Shown: positions 27,590 to 37,259 of the stretch, in pieces
Position numbering within the stretch: position 1 is the first letter of the stretch
Layout: each line of letters opens with the position of its first letter
IMG/VR virus record: IMGVR_UViG_2910510430_000001
Location: 1 to 64,000 of that record
Reading direction: 5' to 3' (one strand)
DNA from: a virus
Lineage: Duplodnaviria; Caudoviricetes
DNA: 64,000 nt
Notes under the pieces: model-generated
What the model was told of the DNA's origin: nothing
Databases searched by the model: none
What the model saw: only the letters and a program-made list of their open reading frames with translations
Translations under genes and position numbers: made by a program

Positions 27590-27595
27590 TCGGCC

Positions 27596-27868
27596 ATGGA
27601 CCTCAGAACATGGCGCCAGAAGCAGGGCCTCACACTGCTCGAACTCGCACATCGGCTCGGCATCGGCGGCAACAACCCGTCGAGTCAGGTCAGTCGAATC
27701 GAGCGTGGCAGGCACGCCGTCGACGCCCTGACCGCTGAGAAGATCGTAATCGTAACGAATGGCCAGGTTTCAGTTCTGGACCTGCACAACACCCGCAAGG
27801 CGTGGATGTTGGAGAATACCCAGGCTGCCCATCAGGCGGAGCACAACTCCGCCGAGGCTGGCGCCTGA
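27596..27868 (+). CDS. cro: Cro-like HTH regulator
   Basis: LRTWRQKQGLTLLELAHRLG...VSRIERG; divergent from cI. Confidence 0.85.
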   Translation: MDLRTWRQKQGLTLLELAHRLGIGGNNPSSQVSRIERGRHAVDALTAEKIVIVTNGQVSVLDLHNTRKAWMLENTQAAHQAEHNSAEAGA

Positions 27869-28084
27869 TGAACACCCCGGCGCGCACCTCTACCCGCAAT
27901 CGTGCAAGCGCGCCCTTCGCCGGCATGCCCTCCGTCTTGGTGGGCCTCGTGCAGACCATGCCGGCCTTTCCTTCGTCCTCATCGCTCCGCTCCTTCCGTC
28001 TCGTCTCTGAGACTGAACGTAGCGGCAACAGCTTCCGCAACCTTGGGTGTTTTCCCCAAGGCCTTCGAACCTCGGGAGATCGTC

Positions 28085-28507
28085 ATGTCTAGTGTCGCCG
28101 TCGCCCGCAATCGCGTGCGTGATCTGGGCCTGCTGTTGGCACCAGAGCAGCCCGTGAAGGTTCGTCTCGACCGACTCCACCGGGAACTCGTCAAGCGCCT
28201 GCCGGATCTCACCGAACGCCGGGTGCGCGCCTACTACGACGGCGAGGTTCGCCGCGTTGAGCACGACGAAATGGTCGCCATTACCGAAGCGCTCGAACTT
28301 CAGGAGGCTCGTTGTGAGCACCGGGACTTCCTTGCCGCAACCAACCGGATGGTGGCGCTTCTTGCCGCCGAGGGTGCGGGGCTCTCTAGCGCGCAGATGG
28401 CTGCGCTTGGGCGAATTGCGAAGCAGGCGCCTGTTGCTCGAAGCGATCAGGCAGCGAGAGCGCTATCGGCTCAGGGCGGAGCGCGTTGCGCCGGAGCTCG
28501 TGTCTGA
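28085..28507 (+). CDS. CII-like regulator
   Basis: Position after cro; LTERRVRAYYDGEVRRV helix; GGAG RBS. Confidence 0.5.
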   Translation: MSSVAVARNRVRDLGLLLAPEQPVKVRLDRLHRELVKRLPDLTERRVRAYYDGEVRRVEHDEMVAITEALELQEARCEHRDFLAATNRMVALLAAEGAGLSSAQMAALGRIAKQAPVARSDQAARALSAQGGARCAGARV

Positions 28508-28887
28508 TGAGCGCCGGCCCACTCTCCAAGGTGAAGACCGAAATCGCCCATCGGATGCGAGCCCATGGCTCTCCCGTTGCGACGATCGCGAAGATGCTGG
28601 CCGAGAGCGAGACGAAGATCCTCGCAGTTTTTGAGCCCTCCCGCCCGCTGAGCGCCGCCGTGGTGAGCGGCGCACCGGACACCGAGAAGGCACGTGCTGC
28701 TCGCAGGCGGCCGCTCGTTACCCGAGCCCAGACATCCGGCTCGGCGGTTCGTGCGGCGGACCGCGACGACTTCTACGACCGCCTCGCCGAAATCCCACCA
28801 GACACCCGCGACCTGACCGGTCGGATCCTCGGGGATCCGATTCCTGGCCGGCGGGCAATCGACCGCCGGAACCAAGGAGCGAAGTGA
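28507..28887 (+). CDS. Hypothetical HTH protein
   Basis: SPVATIAKMLAES; C-terminal TGRILGDP.PGR. Confidence 0.55.
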   Translation: MSAGPLSKVKTEIAHRMRAHGSPVATIAKMLAESETKILAVFEPSRPLSAAVVSGAPDTEKARAARRRPLVTRAQTSGSAVRAADRDDFYDRLAEIPPDTRDLTGRILGDPIPGRRAIDRRNQGAK

Positions 28888-29411
28888 TGGCAGGCAATCT
28901 GAAGAACAGGGCCGATCAGGGCGAAATGCGCGACATCGTTGAGCGCATCGAGAAGCTGAACGGAGAGAAGGAATCCGAGCGCGGCACCTACATGCAGCGC
29001 TGCGCCAAGATCAACGAGCGCATCGACCAGGTTCTCGAGGAGGCCAAGGACAAGGGCCTGCCGAAGAAGGTCGTGAAAGCCGTGCTGAAGGCGCGTGATC
29101 TGGAGCGCAGGGCGGACGCGCAGTTCGATGCCCTTGAAGCTGACGACGCCGAGCTGTTCCACGACATTCGCGAGGCCCTCGGTGACTTCGCCGACAGCCC
29201 GCTCGGCGCCGCCGCCGTGCAGCGTGAGGAATCCGGCCAGGACGAGACCACCGCAGCCATCGTCGGCGCCATCGAGGCGGACGAGGAGCGCGAGAAGATC
29301 GACGCTCAGAAGGCCGAGGACGCGGAAGCCTTCGGCGACGACAGCAAGGTGACTTCGATCGATCCCAAGGCCGCTCGCGCGAACCGAGCCAAGAAGACCG
29401 CGAACGCCTGA
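28887..29411 (+). CDS. GapR/DUF2312-like DNA-binding protein
   Basis: IVERIEKLNGEK...IDQVLEEAKDKGLPKKVVKAVLKAR. Confidence 0.65.
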   Translation: MAGNLKNRADQGEMRDIVERIEKLNGEKESERGTYMQRCAKINERIDQVLEEAKDKGLPKKVVKAVLKARDLERRADAQFDALEADDAELFHDIREALGDFADSPLGAAAVQREESGQDETTAAIVGAIEADEEREKIDAQKAEDAEAFGDDSKVTSIDPKAARANRAKKTANA

Positions 29412-29526
29412 TCCCTTTCCGCATGGCGTCATGCCGCGACGAGCCATGCGGATCGGCTGCCACTTCGTCTTCGTCCCCGTTGGCGGAGTGGCAGCCATCA
29501 CCCCTCAACCGTGAAGGACTGACCGC

Positions 29527-29799
29527 ATGGAAACCGCACCGCAGAACCGCATGGTCGACAGCGCTGACGATAATCGCACCGCGAACAACGCCGTTCGCCA
29601 CCAGTATCGCGTCCTCTCCGAGGAGGAGAAGTCGCAGATGCAGGAGATCAAAGACATGGGGGCGGCGTTTATCGCCAAGCTCCATGAGATTGGCGGGACC
29701 AACCCGACTGGCCAGTCCTTCGGATCTCGCGATCTCTCCCTCGCCAACACACACGCCGAAGACGCCGTGATGAGGGCAGTGCGCCACATCACTCGCTGA
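29527..29799 (+). CDS. Acb2/Tad1-like cyclic-nucleotide sponge (anti-CBASS/Thoeris candidate)
   Basis: QYRVLSEEEKSQMQEIKDMG..F and SRDLSLA.T..EDAVMRAVR match the recalled Acb2 pattern. Confidence 0.7.
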   Translation: METAPQNRMVDSADDNRTANNAVRHQYRVLSEEEKSQMQEIKDMGAAFIAKLHEIGGTNPTGQSFGSRDLSLANTHAEDAVMRAVRHITR

Positions 29800-30021
29800 C
29801 CAGTAGCCAGCGGCTCCGGCTGCGAACCTCCTCCCGTTCGCAGATGGCCCGTCGGCAGAACCGGTGCACCGGAGCTGCCACCACTCTCCCGGCCGGAGCG
29901 GGAGAGCACCCAATTTTACGAGGGGCCCAATGATCTTCTGGATTCTAGCGAGCTTTGCTGTCGGGTTTGTCCTCGGCGCCGCCGCAGTCGTTGGCCTTCT
30001 GGCCCGCGCCATAGGACCGCT

Positions 30022-30615
30022 GTGGTGAGCCCGGTGCGCGCCCCAACCATCCTCTTCATCGACGCGGCCTCAGCTGCCGGCTGGGCCTTCGGGCCCGCCG
30101 GGCAGGCGCCGCGCTCTGGCTCTTTCCGCTGGGCTTCTGTCGGCGCGTCTCACGGCGCGATCTCGTGGGGCGTCATCCGCTGGATGCAGAAGTTCCTCGC
30201 CGAGAATAAGCCGGACGAGGTGGTCTACGAGAAGCCAATGACGCCCACCCAGATGGGCGGCAAGACCAATGTGGCTACCACCCGCATGCTCATGGGCATT
30301 CCGTTCGCGATCGAAGGGATCTGCTACGGTCTCGGCCATCGCAAGCTCTCTGAATTGTCAGTCGACTCCATCCGCAAGCACTTCATCGGCCGCAATGTTC
30401 GCGGCGAGGAGGGCAAGGAGAAGGTTTGGCGGAAATGCGTCGGCCTCGGCTGGATCGACCCCGAGAGCGACGATGATCTGAGCTTGGACCGGACCGACGC
30501 CCTAGCCGGTTGGTCCTATGCCGAGACCATCCTTGCCCCAAGGCTCGCAACGCCCGTCGATGACCTGGTCGTGGCGGCCGAGGCGAAGAAGCGCGGGAAG
30601 GTGTTCCGGCCATGA
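30022..30615 (+). CDS. RuvC-like Holliday junction resolvase
   Basis: ILFIDAAS, VVYEKP, DRTDALA. Confidence 0.75.
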   Translation: MVSPVRAPTILFIDAASAAGWAFGPAGQAPRSGSFRWASVGASHGAISWGVIRWMQKFLAENKPDEVVYEKPMTPTQMGGKTNVATTRMLMGIPFAIEGICYGLGHRKLSELSVDSIRKHFIGRNVRGEEGKEKVWRKCVGLGWIDPESDDDLSLDRTDALAGWSYAETILAPRLATPVDDLVVAAEAKKRGKVFRP

Positions 30616-31118
30616 GTTCGCACGCCTGCCCATGCTGCGGCGGTGCGATCGCGCCGCTCGAACTGGTCATCGACTATGAGCACCGCCGTGTGACGCGCGC
30701 CGGCGTGACCGTTTTGGTGCCGCCCTCCGCCTTCACCCTTCTTGTCCGGCTGGTTGACGCTTACCCGCGGGTGGTGTCCCGGGCCGAGCTTGCGGAGGGC
30801 ATTGGCCCTCACGCGCTCAAGAAGGCGTTCAGCGTCCATATGAGCCGGCTGCGCAAGCGGATCGAGGCTCTAGGCATTCGCATCGACGTGAATTTCGGCA
30901 TCGGCCACGCTCTTCGCCTCGTCGATCCGTCGGCAACCGACGAGCCAGATCGGCAGGCGACCTACGCTCGGCGATCGATTGGCAGCGGCGACGTTGCTGT
31001 CGTGCGGATGCTCCTCGCGCAGGGGCTCGGCAACGTCGAGACGGCGATGCGGGCGAATGTCACCCTCGCCAACGTCCTGTCCATCGCTTCGAGCCCGGCC
31101 GAACAGGTGCGGCCATGA
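30612..31118 (+). CDS. Winged-helix (OmpR C-terminal-like) DNA-binding protein
   Basis: VVSRAEL...VHMSRLRKRIEALG..I....GIGH.L. Confidence 0.7.
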   Translation: MSSHACPCCGGAIAPLELVIDYEHRRVTRAGVTVLVPPSAFTLLVRLVDAYPRVVSRAELAEGIGPHALKKAFSVHMSRLRKRIEALGIRIDVNFGIGHALRLVDPSATDEPDRQATYARRSIGSGDVAVVRMLLAQGLGNVETAMRANVTLANVLSIASSPAEQVRP

Positions 31119-31711
31119 GCGAGACGAAGGTCAAGAGCGCCCATGTGTGGGAGCGCAACGAGCACGACTGGTATGTCGAGCCCGAGGTCGCAACCCTCCA
31201 GCTGCTCTCTCAGGAGCGCTTCGTCGGCCGGATCCACGATCCATGCTGCGGGCAGGGGAACATCGTCCGGTCGTTGATCGCCTCCGGCTACCCCGCAAGC
31301 GGCTCCGACGTCGTGGATCGAACTGGCGGCGCCGGCTGGTTCAAGGGGGAATCCGACTTCCTCAGCGACCGCGCCTGCTTCGCCGACAACATCGTGATGA
31401 ACCCGCCCTTCTTCAAAGCGAAGGGGGCCGAGGCCTTCATCCGCAAGGCGCTGTCGGTCGCCAGGGGCAAGGTCGCGGCCTTCGTGGACGTCCGGTTTAT
31501 CTCCGGCGCCGGTCGCGCAAACGACCTGTTCGCCGAGTTCGCCCCTGATCGCGTCTGGATCCTGACGCCGCGCGTCTCATGCCCGCCGGGCGAGGTGCTG
31601 CTCGCCGGCGGCAAGGCCACCGGCGGCACCGCGGACTGGTGCTGGCTGGTCTGGGACAAGACCGCCCCCTTCACGGGTACCACCCTTAACTGGCTGCGTA
31701 GGAGCGCCTGA
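31115..31711 (+). CDS. Putative N6-adenine DNA methyltransferase
   Basis: WYVEP, DPCCGQG motif I, IVMNPPF motif IV. Confidence 0.75.
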   Translation: MSETKVKSAHVWERNEHDWYVEPEVATLQLLSQERFVGRIHDPCCGQGNIVRSLIASGYPASGSDVVDRTGGAGWFKGESDFLSDRACFADNIVMNPPFFKAKGAEAFIRKALSVARGKVAAFVDVRFISGAGRANDLFAEFAPDRVWILTPRVSCPPGEVLLAGGKATGGTADWCWLVWDKTAPFTGTTLNWLRRSA

Positions 31712-31878
31712 TGCCATACGTCTTCGACTTGCTGTCCTTGGCCGTCCTGGTGATCGGGATGGTGGGCGTCCTCCGCTCTGGGCGGGCGTGGGGCCCGGGC
31801 GAAAAGTTCTTCATGATCTGCCTTGGCTGGGCCTGCATCCGCCTCGTGATGCCGGTCTACTGGCTGGTGACGTCATGA
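31711..31878 (+). CDS. Small membrane protein
   Basis: Own translation, 55 aa with two hydrophobic segments; coupled both sides. Confidence 0.5.
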   Translation: MPYVFDLLSLAVLVIGMVGVLRSGRAWGPGEKFFMICLGWACIRLVMPVYWLVTS

Positions 31879-32198
31879 GCGAGAAGCGCGTCAAGGGCGC
31901 AGCCTTCTTCGACATCCCGATTGTCGACTCCCTGAAGCTCAACCGGACGATCGTCGATCGCGGCGAGGCTGGCATCACAGTCGGCACCCGTGATCGCAAC
32001 GCCAGCCCGAATGCGACGGTCGTCAACGAGGAAGTCTCGTTCACCATCGCCGAGCTGCAGTCGTGCGCGATCCTCGTCATGGAGGGAAATCCCCGCGTGA
32101 CCGAGGTGAAGGGCAAGCAGATGGGCAAGGTGCTCGCTGCCGGCGTCATCGCCCTCGCTCATGCGATCGGCCTCGCCCAACAGGGGCAGGGCGAATGA
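31875..32198 (+). CDS. Hypothetical protein
   Basis: ATGA-coupled. Confidence 0.6.
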   Translation: MSEKRVKGAAFFDIPIVDSLKLNRTIVDRGEAGITVGTRDRNASPNATVVNEEVSFTIAELQSCAILVMEGNPRVTEVKGKQMGKVLAAGVIALAHAIGLAQQGQGE

Positions 32199-32380
32199 CC
32201 TCGCTCCCCATCCTCAACCTCGCCGTGGCTCTGCTCGTCTCGGCGCTCCTCTTCGGCATCGGGATCGGGGTGTGCTTCGACCCTTCCGAAAGTGCCCGGA
32301 CCCTGCGGGCAGTCATCGGCGCAGCGCTCATGACCATGGGCGCCTTCGTCTACCTCCTCGTCTACATCGCGGTGATCTGA
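32195..32380 (+). CDS. Small two-TM protein
   Basis: Two hydrophobic helices. Confidence 0.55.
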   Translation: MTSLPILNLAVALLVSALLFGIGIGVCFDPSESARTLRAVIGAALMTMGAFVYLLVYIAVI

Positions 32381-32691
32381 TGAACGTCTTCTACGTCTGC
32401 ACCACTCACACCAGCGCGGCCACCGGGCGACCAAGCTGGTACTTTTTCGAGGCCGATGTCGCTGGCCTCGCGGAGCTAACCCAGCGCCTGAACGACGGCG
32501 AACTGATCTACGGCCACGTCCTGAATTACACACGCGATCCGGACGGCGACGAAGGTCTGCGAATCGTGGTCGGCGCCCGCGAGCACGTCCTCAGCAAGCA
32601 CGAGGTCAAGAATGCGGCTGTCCCGCATTGCCGGTTCGTTCGGTACGAGGACGAGGGGGCGACCCTTGCTGTGAACGAGGTGCGCCCATGA
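32380..32691 (+). CDS. Hypothetical protein
   Basis: TGATG-coupled. Confidence 0.6.
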   Translation: MNVFYVCTTHTSAATGRPSWYFFEADVAGLAELTQRLNDGELIYGHVLNYTRDPDGDEGLRIVVGAREHVLSKHEVKNAAVPHCRFVRYEDEGATLAVNEVRP

Positions 32692-33224
32692 CTTGCATCG
32701 TGGGGCTTGTTGCCGAGGGCCGCATTCACATGGGGGCGGACAGCGCCGGTGTCGCTGGCCTGGACCTCGTGGTCCGTGCCGACCGCAAGGTGTTCCGCAA
32801 TGGCGAGTTCGTCATGGGCTTCACCTCGTCTTTCCGGATGGGGCAGCTGCTGGCCTACTCCCTCACGCCGCCGCGGCGTCACGCGGACGAGGATGTGTTC
32901 GCCTTCATGGTGAAGGACTTCGTCGACGAGGTGCGAAGCTGCCTGAAGCGCGGCGGCTTCGCTTCCTTGAACAATGGTGTTGAGGAGGGCGGGACCTTCC
33001 TCGTCGGCCATGCTGGCCGCCTATTCGAGGTGGCGGGGGATTATCAGGTCGGCGAGTGCGCGCTTCCGTTCGCTGCCTGCGGCTGTGGCGCGCAGGTGGC
33101 ATTGGGATCGTTGCATTCGACCGAAGGTCTCTCTCCGGACGAGCGAGTGCTGAAAGCGCTGCAGGCGGCGGAGGCGTTTTCGGCTGGCGTCCGCGCCCCG
33201 TTCCACACTGAGGTGCTCGGGTGA
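32688..33224 (+). CDS. Ntn-hydrolase (HslV/proteasome beta-like) protein
   Basis: N-terminal MTCIVG, GADS, RKVF, GCGAQVALGSL. Confidence 0.75.
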   Translation: MTCIVGLVAEGRIHMGADSAGVAGLDLVVRADRKVFRNGEFVMGFTSSFRMGQLLAYSLTPPRRHADEDVFAFMVKDFVDEVRSCLKRGGFASLNNGVEEGGTFLVGHAGRLFEVAGDYQVGECALPFAACGCGAQVALGSLHSTEGLSPDERVLKALQAAEAFSAGVRAPFHTEVLG

Positions 33225-33535
33225 CCAACGCCATCCGCATTGGCTTCATGGCCGGGCGCGGCGTCTCCGTCGAGGAGATCGCCGCGCAGTTCAGCACGCA
33301 GCCGGGCCTCATCCGCAATGCGTTGCGTGTCGCTGGTGTCGAGGTGCCGAAGAGCGCCGGCGGCCCGACGATCCACCTGATCGTGCCGATCGCATCCTTC
33401 ATTCCCGAGATCGACGACGTCGGCCGCCGCCGGAAGATGAGCCGCGAAGAAATCGCGTGCGAGATCCTCCGCGTCGTCATGGCCGGCGGCGCCGGCGACA
33501 TCGAAGCGATCATCGACAGAGGTGACAGATCGTAA
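33221..33535 (+). CDS. Hypothetical HTH/RHH protein
   Basis: SVEEIAAQFS...IRNALR; RRKMSREEIACEIL. Confidence 0.6.
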   Translation: MTNAIRIGFMAGRGVSVEEIAAQFSTQPGLIRNALRVAGVEVPKSAGGPTIHLIVPIASFIPEIDDVGRRRKMSREEIACEILRVVMAGGAGDIEAIIDRGDRS

Positions 33536-35772
33536 TGGCAACCGAAGGGTTCGATCTCAGGCCCGGCGCCATCGAGCACGTCGCGCAGGCTTTCCTCGAG
33601 GCGAGCCAAGGGGCGCCGAACAAGCACCTGTCGACGCCCGGGCGGGAGCTGCGCTATGGCCGCAACGGCTCACTGTCGGTCGACCTCGTCAAACAGACCT
33701 GGCACGACCACGAGGATCAGACGGGCGGCGGGGTCTTCGACCTGCTGCAGTCCTTCGGCGGGCTCAACAAGGCCGAGGCAGTCGAGTGGCTGCAGAGCCA
33801 CGACTACCTGCCGAAGCGCGACATGCCGCAGCGATCGAACGGGAAGGGGGCATCGGCCCCCTCGAACATTCCCGGGGGATTCCCCGACTGGATGGATCCG
33901 AAGCCGATCGCCTGCTTCGAATATCACGACGATCACGGGCGCCTGGCCTATCAGGTCCTGAAATTCCCAAAGGATGCGCAGCGCCGCTACATGCAGCGCC
34001 GCCGGGCACCGGATGGCGGCTGGATCTGGGCGCTGCAGGCCGGCGACTTCCACAAGATCAAGTCCGGGGACTGGTTCAAGGTCAAGGACGACAAGGTCTA
34101 CCCGGAGGTGCGCCGCTTCGAGGAGTCCGAACGCTGGCTCTACCATCGCGCCGAGGTGCTGAAGGCGATCAAGGCCGGCACGCCAGTCTTCCTGACCGAA
34201 GGCGAGAAGGACGTCGAGACGCTGCGCGCCTGGGGTTTCGTCGCGACGACGAACGCGGGCGGCGCGAAATACTGGCAGGAGTCCTTCAACGAGGATCTCG
34301 CCGGCAGCAACATCGTCATCCTCAACGACAACGACGACCCCGGCCGGACCCGCGCGCTCGTGCGCGGCGGCGAACTGAGGGGCAAGGCGAAGACGGTCCG
34401 GCTGCTGGATCTGTCGAAGCACTGGCCGGACATGCCCGAGAAGGGCGACGTGACAGATTGGGCGGAGAAGGGTGGCGGCACCAAGGATCGGTTCGCCGAG
34501 CTGGCCAAGGACGCGCCGCTGTGGCGGCCGGAGCCGCCGAAGACCCGCTTCGGTGCACTGCAGTGGAACGAGATCGATTCCGCCGGGCCTGAATACGAAT
34601 ACCTGATCGACGGCTGGCTGACTGAGCACGGCCGGTCGATCATTGGCGGGCCATCGCAGTCCGGCAAGAGCTTCCTCGCCATCCATGCGGCGCTGTCGGT
34701 GGCGCGCGGCGTCGACTTCTTCGGCTGCCCAACCAAGCGCGGCGGCGTGATCTATCAGGCGGGCGAGGGCGCCGCCGGCGTGAAGAAACGGATCAAGGCC
34801 TACCGCGCACACTTCGGGGTCGAGCTGGACGACGATGTGCCGCTCGTCTTCCTCGGTGCCAAGGTCGACCTGTTCTCCAAGGAAGGCGACACGGCCCCCC
34901 TGATCGAGGAGATCAAGGCGCAGGCGCTGATGATGTCGGAGAAGCTTCGGCTCATCGTCATCGACACGCTGGCCACCGCCACGTCAGGCGCCGACGAGAA
35001 CTCCGGCAAGGATATGTCGGTCGTCCTCGCGAACATCGCCAAGATCGAGCAGGAGTGCCGCGCGCACGTCGTTCTCGTCCATCACATGAACTCGGAAGGC
35101 CGCAAGCTGCGTGGCCACACGTCGCTGTTCGCTGACGTCGACCAGGTCATCACGGTGACCATGGACGAGGACAGCCGGATTCGGACGGCCGTCCTGGCCA
35201 AGCAGAAGGACGACGAGAACAACATCAAGATCGCCTTCGAGCTGCATTCGGTGAAGGTCGGCTATCACGAGCGTCTGCAGAAGGACATCACGTCCTGCGT
35301 CGTGCTGCCGGTGGGCGAGAAGGAGAAGCTGAAGGCCGAGCAGGAGCGCCAGGGGCTCTCGGTGAACCCGACCGAGCGGGACATCATGACCTACCTGTTC
35401 GAGGCGATCGAGCGCTACGGCGTCTTCGTTGCGTCGAGCGACGACGGGCCGCCGGCGGCCATCGGCAAGGTGGCGGTGGACTTCCGCCGGGTAATCGACA
35501 TCGCGGTATCCAAGACCGTCGCCGAGGAGGACCCGAAGAAGGCGCGCGACGCTTTCAGCAAGCGCTTCAGCCGGGCGATGGGCGGTATGCTCAAGGCTCG
35601 CCTGATCGGCATCGACCGGCCGTTCATCTGGTGGACCGGCAAGCCGATCCGCGGATTCCCCCGCACCTTCGGCAGGCAGGATGAGTATCAGCGCGTGCCA
35701 CCCCAGATCTCGAGCGACACGTCGCCCGGTCTGGACGAGGTCCTCGATGAGCCGGAGATCCCGTTCCTATGA
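33535..35772 (+). CDS. Primase-helicase (TOPRIM + AAA_25/RepA-like SF4 helicase)
   Basis: TEGEKDV, LNDNDDPG, GPSQSGKS, IVIDTLA, VHHMN..RGHTSL. Confidence 0.92.
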   Translation: MATEGFDLRPGAIEHVAQAFLEASQGAPNKHLSTPGRELRYGRNGSLSVDLVKQTWHDHEDQTGGGVFDLLQSFGGLNKAEAVEWLQSHDYLPKRDMPQRSNGKGASAPSNIPGGFPDWMDPKPIACFEYHDDHGRLAYQVLKFPKDAQRRYMQRRRAPDGGWIWALQAGDFHKIKSGDWFKVKDDKVYPEVRRFEESERWLYHRAEVLKAIKAGTPVFLTEGEKDVETLRAWGFVATTNAGGAKYWQESFNEDLAGSNIVILNDNDDPGRTRALVRGGELRGKAKTVRLLDLSKHWPDMPEKGDVTDWAEKGGGTKDRFAELAKDAPLWRPEPPKTRFGALQWNEIDSAGPEYEYLIDGWLTEHGRSIIGGPSQSGKSFLAIHAALSVARGVDFFGCPTKRGGVIYQAGEGAAGVKKRIKAYRAHFGVELDDDVPLVFLGAKVDLFSKEGDTAPLIEEIKAQALMMSEKLRLIVIDTLATATSGADENSGKDMSVVLANIAKIEQECRAHVVLVHHMNSEGRKLRGHTSLFADVDQVITVTMDEDSRIRTAVLAKQKDDENNIKIAFELHSVKVGYHERLQKDITSCVVLPVGEKEKLKAEQERQGLSVNPTERDIMTYLFEAIERYGVFVASSDDGPPAAIGKVAVDFRRVIDIAVSKTVAEEDPKKARDAFSKRFSRAMGGMLKARLIGIDRPFIWWTGKPIRGFPRTFGRQDEYQRVPPQISSDTSPGLDEVLDEPEIPFL

Positions 35773-36065
35773 CGAAGCTACTCCCGCAGAAGCGCCAGAC
35801 CTACACCGAGAAGCAGCGCTTCATCGTCTATGTTCTCTGGCTGCACGGTGCGACCGAATCCACGGCCGGCAAGGTCGCCGGCCTGCGCAAGAAGCAGGTC
35901 GCCGGCATCATCGCGCGGTCCGAATACACCAATCGCGGCGCCATGACGCTCGACCAGCGGGCGGCCTACCTCCGAGAGCTGGCCGCTATTCGCTATGATG
36001 AACAGGGCAAGCCTGTCGACGACGGGTTGCTGCCGGATCTCGTGTTCATGCCGTCGACCGGCTAG
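35769..36065 (+). CDS. Hypothetical HTH protein
   Basis: ATESTAGKVAGLRKKQVAGII. Confidence 0.6.
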   Translation: MTKLLPQKRQTYTEKQRFIVYVLWLHGATESTAGKVAGLRKKQVAGIIARSEYTNRGAMTLDQRAAYLRELAAIRYDEQGKPVDDGLLPDLVFMPSTG

Positions 36066-36146
36066 GTTCGTCTTCACCGCTCCTTAGATCTCCGCGTGTT
36101 GATGAAGATGGGCGAGTAGCTAATCCCGATCGAGAGGGGTCTTGAA

Positions 36147-36356
36147 TTGAAAAAACCCGTCATAGGCGAGCGTCAAGCTGATCTACTGCAGAACAATTGC
36201 TACAACTTGCAAGGCTTAGCGGAGAGACTTCGCGAGGCCGGGTATGGACAAGAGGCAAGAGACGTCGACAAAGCCGCAAATGAGCTGTTTCGCATCGGCG
36301 CCAGCCTGAGGGAGGAGCTCAACAGGAAATGGGCCCTCAAGAACAGGAGCCGGTAG
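36147..36356 (+). CDS. Small lower-GC inserted gene
   Basis: TTG start after AGAGGGG; codon usage differs from neighbours. Confidence 0.45.
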   Translation: MKKPVIGERQADLLQNNCYNLQGLAERLREAGYGQEARDVDKAANELFRIGASLREELNRKWALKNRSR

Positions 36357-36989
36357 GTGGCGGGAACTATCGAAGAGCGCAAGCGCAAGCTGCGAGATGG
36401 CGGTTGGCAGCCTCACCCGCAGGCGTCGATGCTGCGGCCGGTCGAATCCCGGCCGCGCTCCATTGCCGGGCTCGACTTCACGGACACCGAGACCGTCGTG
36501 AAGGACGGCGAGCTGCGGGTCGAGGCGATCCGCGTCTTCGCCATCGTCAACGAGAACTCCGATGCGTTCTCGCACCTCGTCGTTCAGGGCTGGCTCAAGC
36601 GCAACCACGAAGCGCAGTCGACGGCGGACATCCGGGCGGTGGTGGCGAACCGCTATCGCTCGCTCCGCGAATCCTCGCAGGTCTCCGCCCTGAAGGGGCA
36701 GAGCTACGAGCCGCGGATGTCGGTTGGTGGGGGCGGCGGCCGGAGTGTCAGCGATCACGCGCTCGACAGCATTCGAGTGCTGGAGCGGATCAACCAGACA
36801 GTCGCCGATCACAATGCGCTGGTCGCCGTGCAGCAGGTGCTCTGGGAGGACCGCTGGATCTGGGCGGGGAAAAAGGGGAAGGCGGCGACGCGGCAAGTGA
36901 ACCGCGTTCTCCGCGGACTTGACCACCTCGCCGCCTCCTTCGGCTACATCACGCCTGACGAGGTCAGGCTGCGTTGGACTGCTGACTGA
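36357..36989 (+). CDS. Putative late-gene activator/antiterminator (Q position)
   Basis: Last gene of rightward early operon; helical C-terminus LRGLDHLAASFG. Confidence 0.45.
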   Translation: MAGTIEERKRKLRDGGWQPHPQASMLRPVESRPRSIAGLDFTDTETVVKDGELRVEAIRVFAIVNENSDAFSHLVVQGWLKRNHEAQSTADIRAVVANRYRSLRESSQVSALKGQSYEPRMSVGGGGGRSVSDHALDSIRVLERINQTVADHNALVAVQQVLWEDRWIWAGKKGKAATRQVNRVLRGLDHLAASFGYITPDEVRLRWTAD

Positions 36990-37257
36990 TCGCCTTGCGA
37001 TCTTCTTCGGCCTTGATCTCAGCTTCACGGGCTTTGCCCAGCTCGACCAGCTCGTCGTCTGCCTGAGGGGACCAGGGCGGCAAGCCAACGCGCAGTGCGG
37101 ACATCGCGAGCTGCTCCTGTCGCGTCAGGTCCCTGTTCCCTGTTGCGAGCATGCTGGTGGTTCGGGCGTTGCCGATACCGAGCAGCTCTCCCGCCGCCTT
37201 GTTCGTCAGCCCCATCGCCGCCGCCCATCGGCGGAACAGGGTCGGGCTCTTGCGCAT
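36964..37257 (-). CDS. HTH protein
   Basis: MGLTNKAAGELLGI...TSML. Confidence 0.65.
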   Translation of the reverse strand: MRKSPTLFRRWAAAMGLTNKAAGELLGIGNARTTSMLATGNRDLTRQEQLAMSALRVGLPPWSPQADDELVELGKAREAEIKAEEDRKAISQQSNAA

Positions 37258-37259
37258 GC

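Noticed and set aside
27896-27905. Plus-strand GCA-ATCG-TGC after cro (nutR-like position)
   Set aside because: Only a 3-bp stem, no convincing first hairpin, no RBS/start nearby; within the roughly 2 chance hits expected. Worth rescoring with a covariance model
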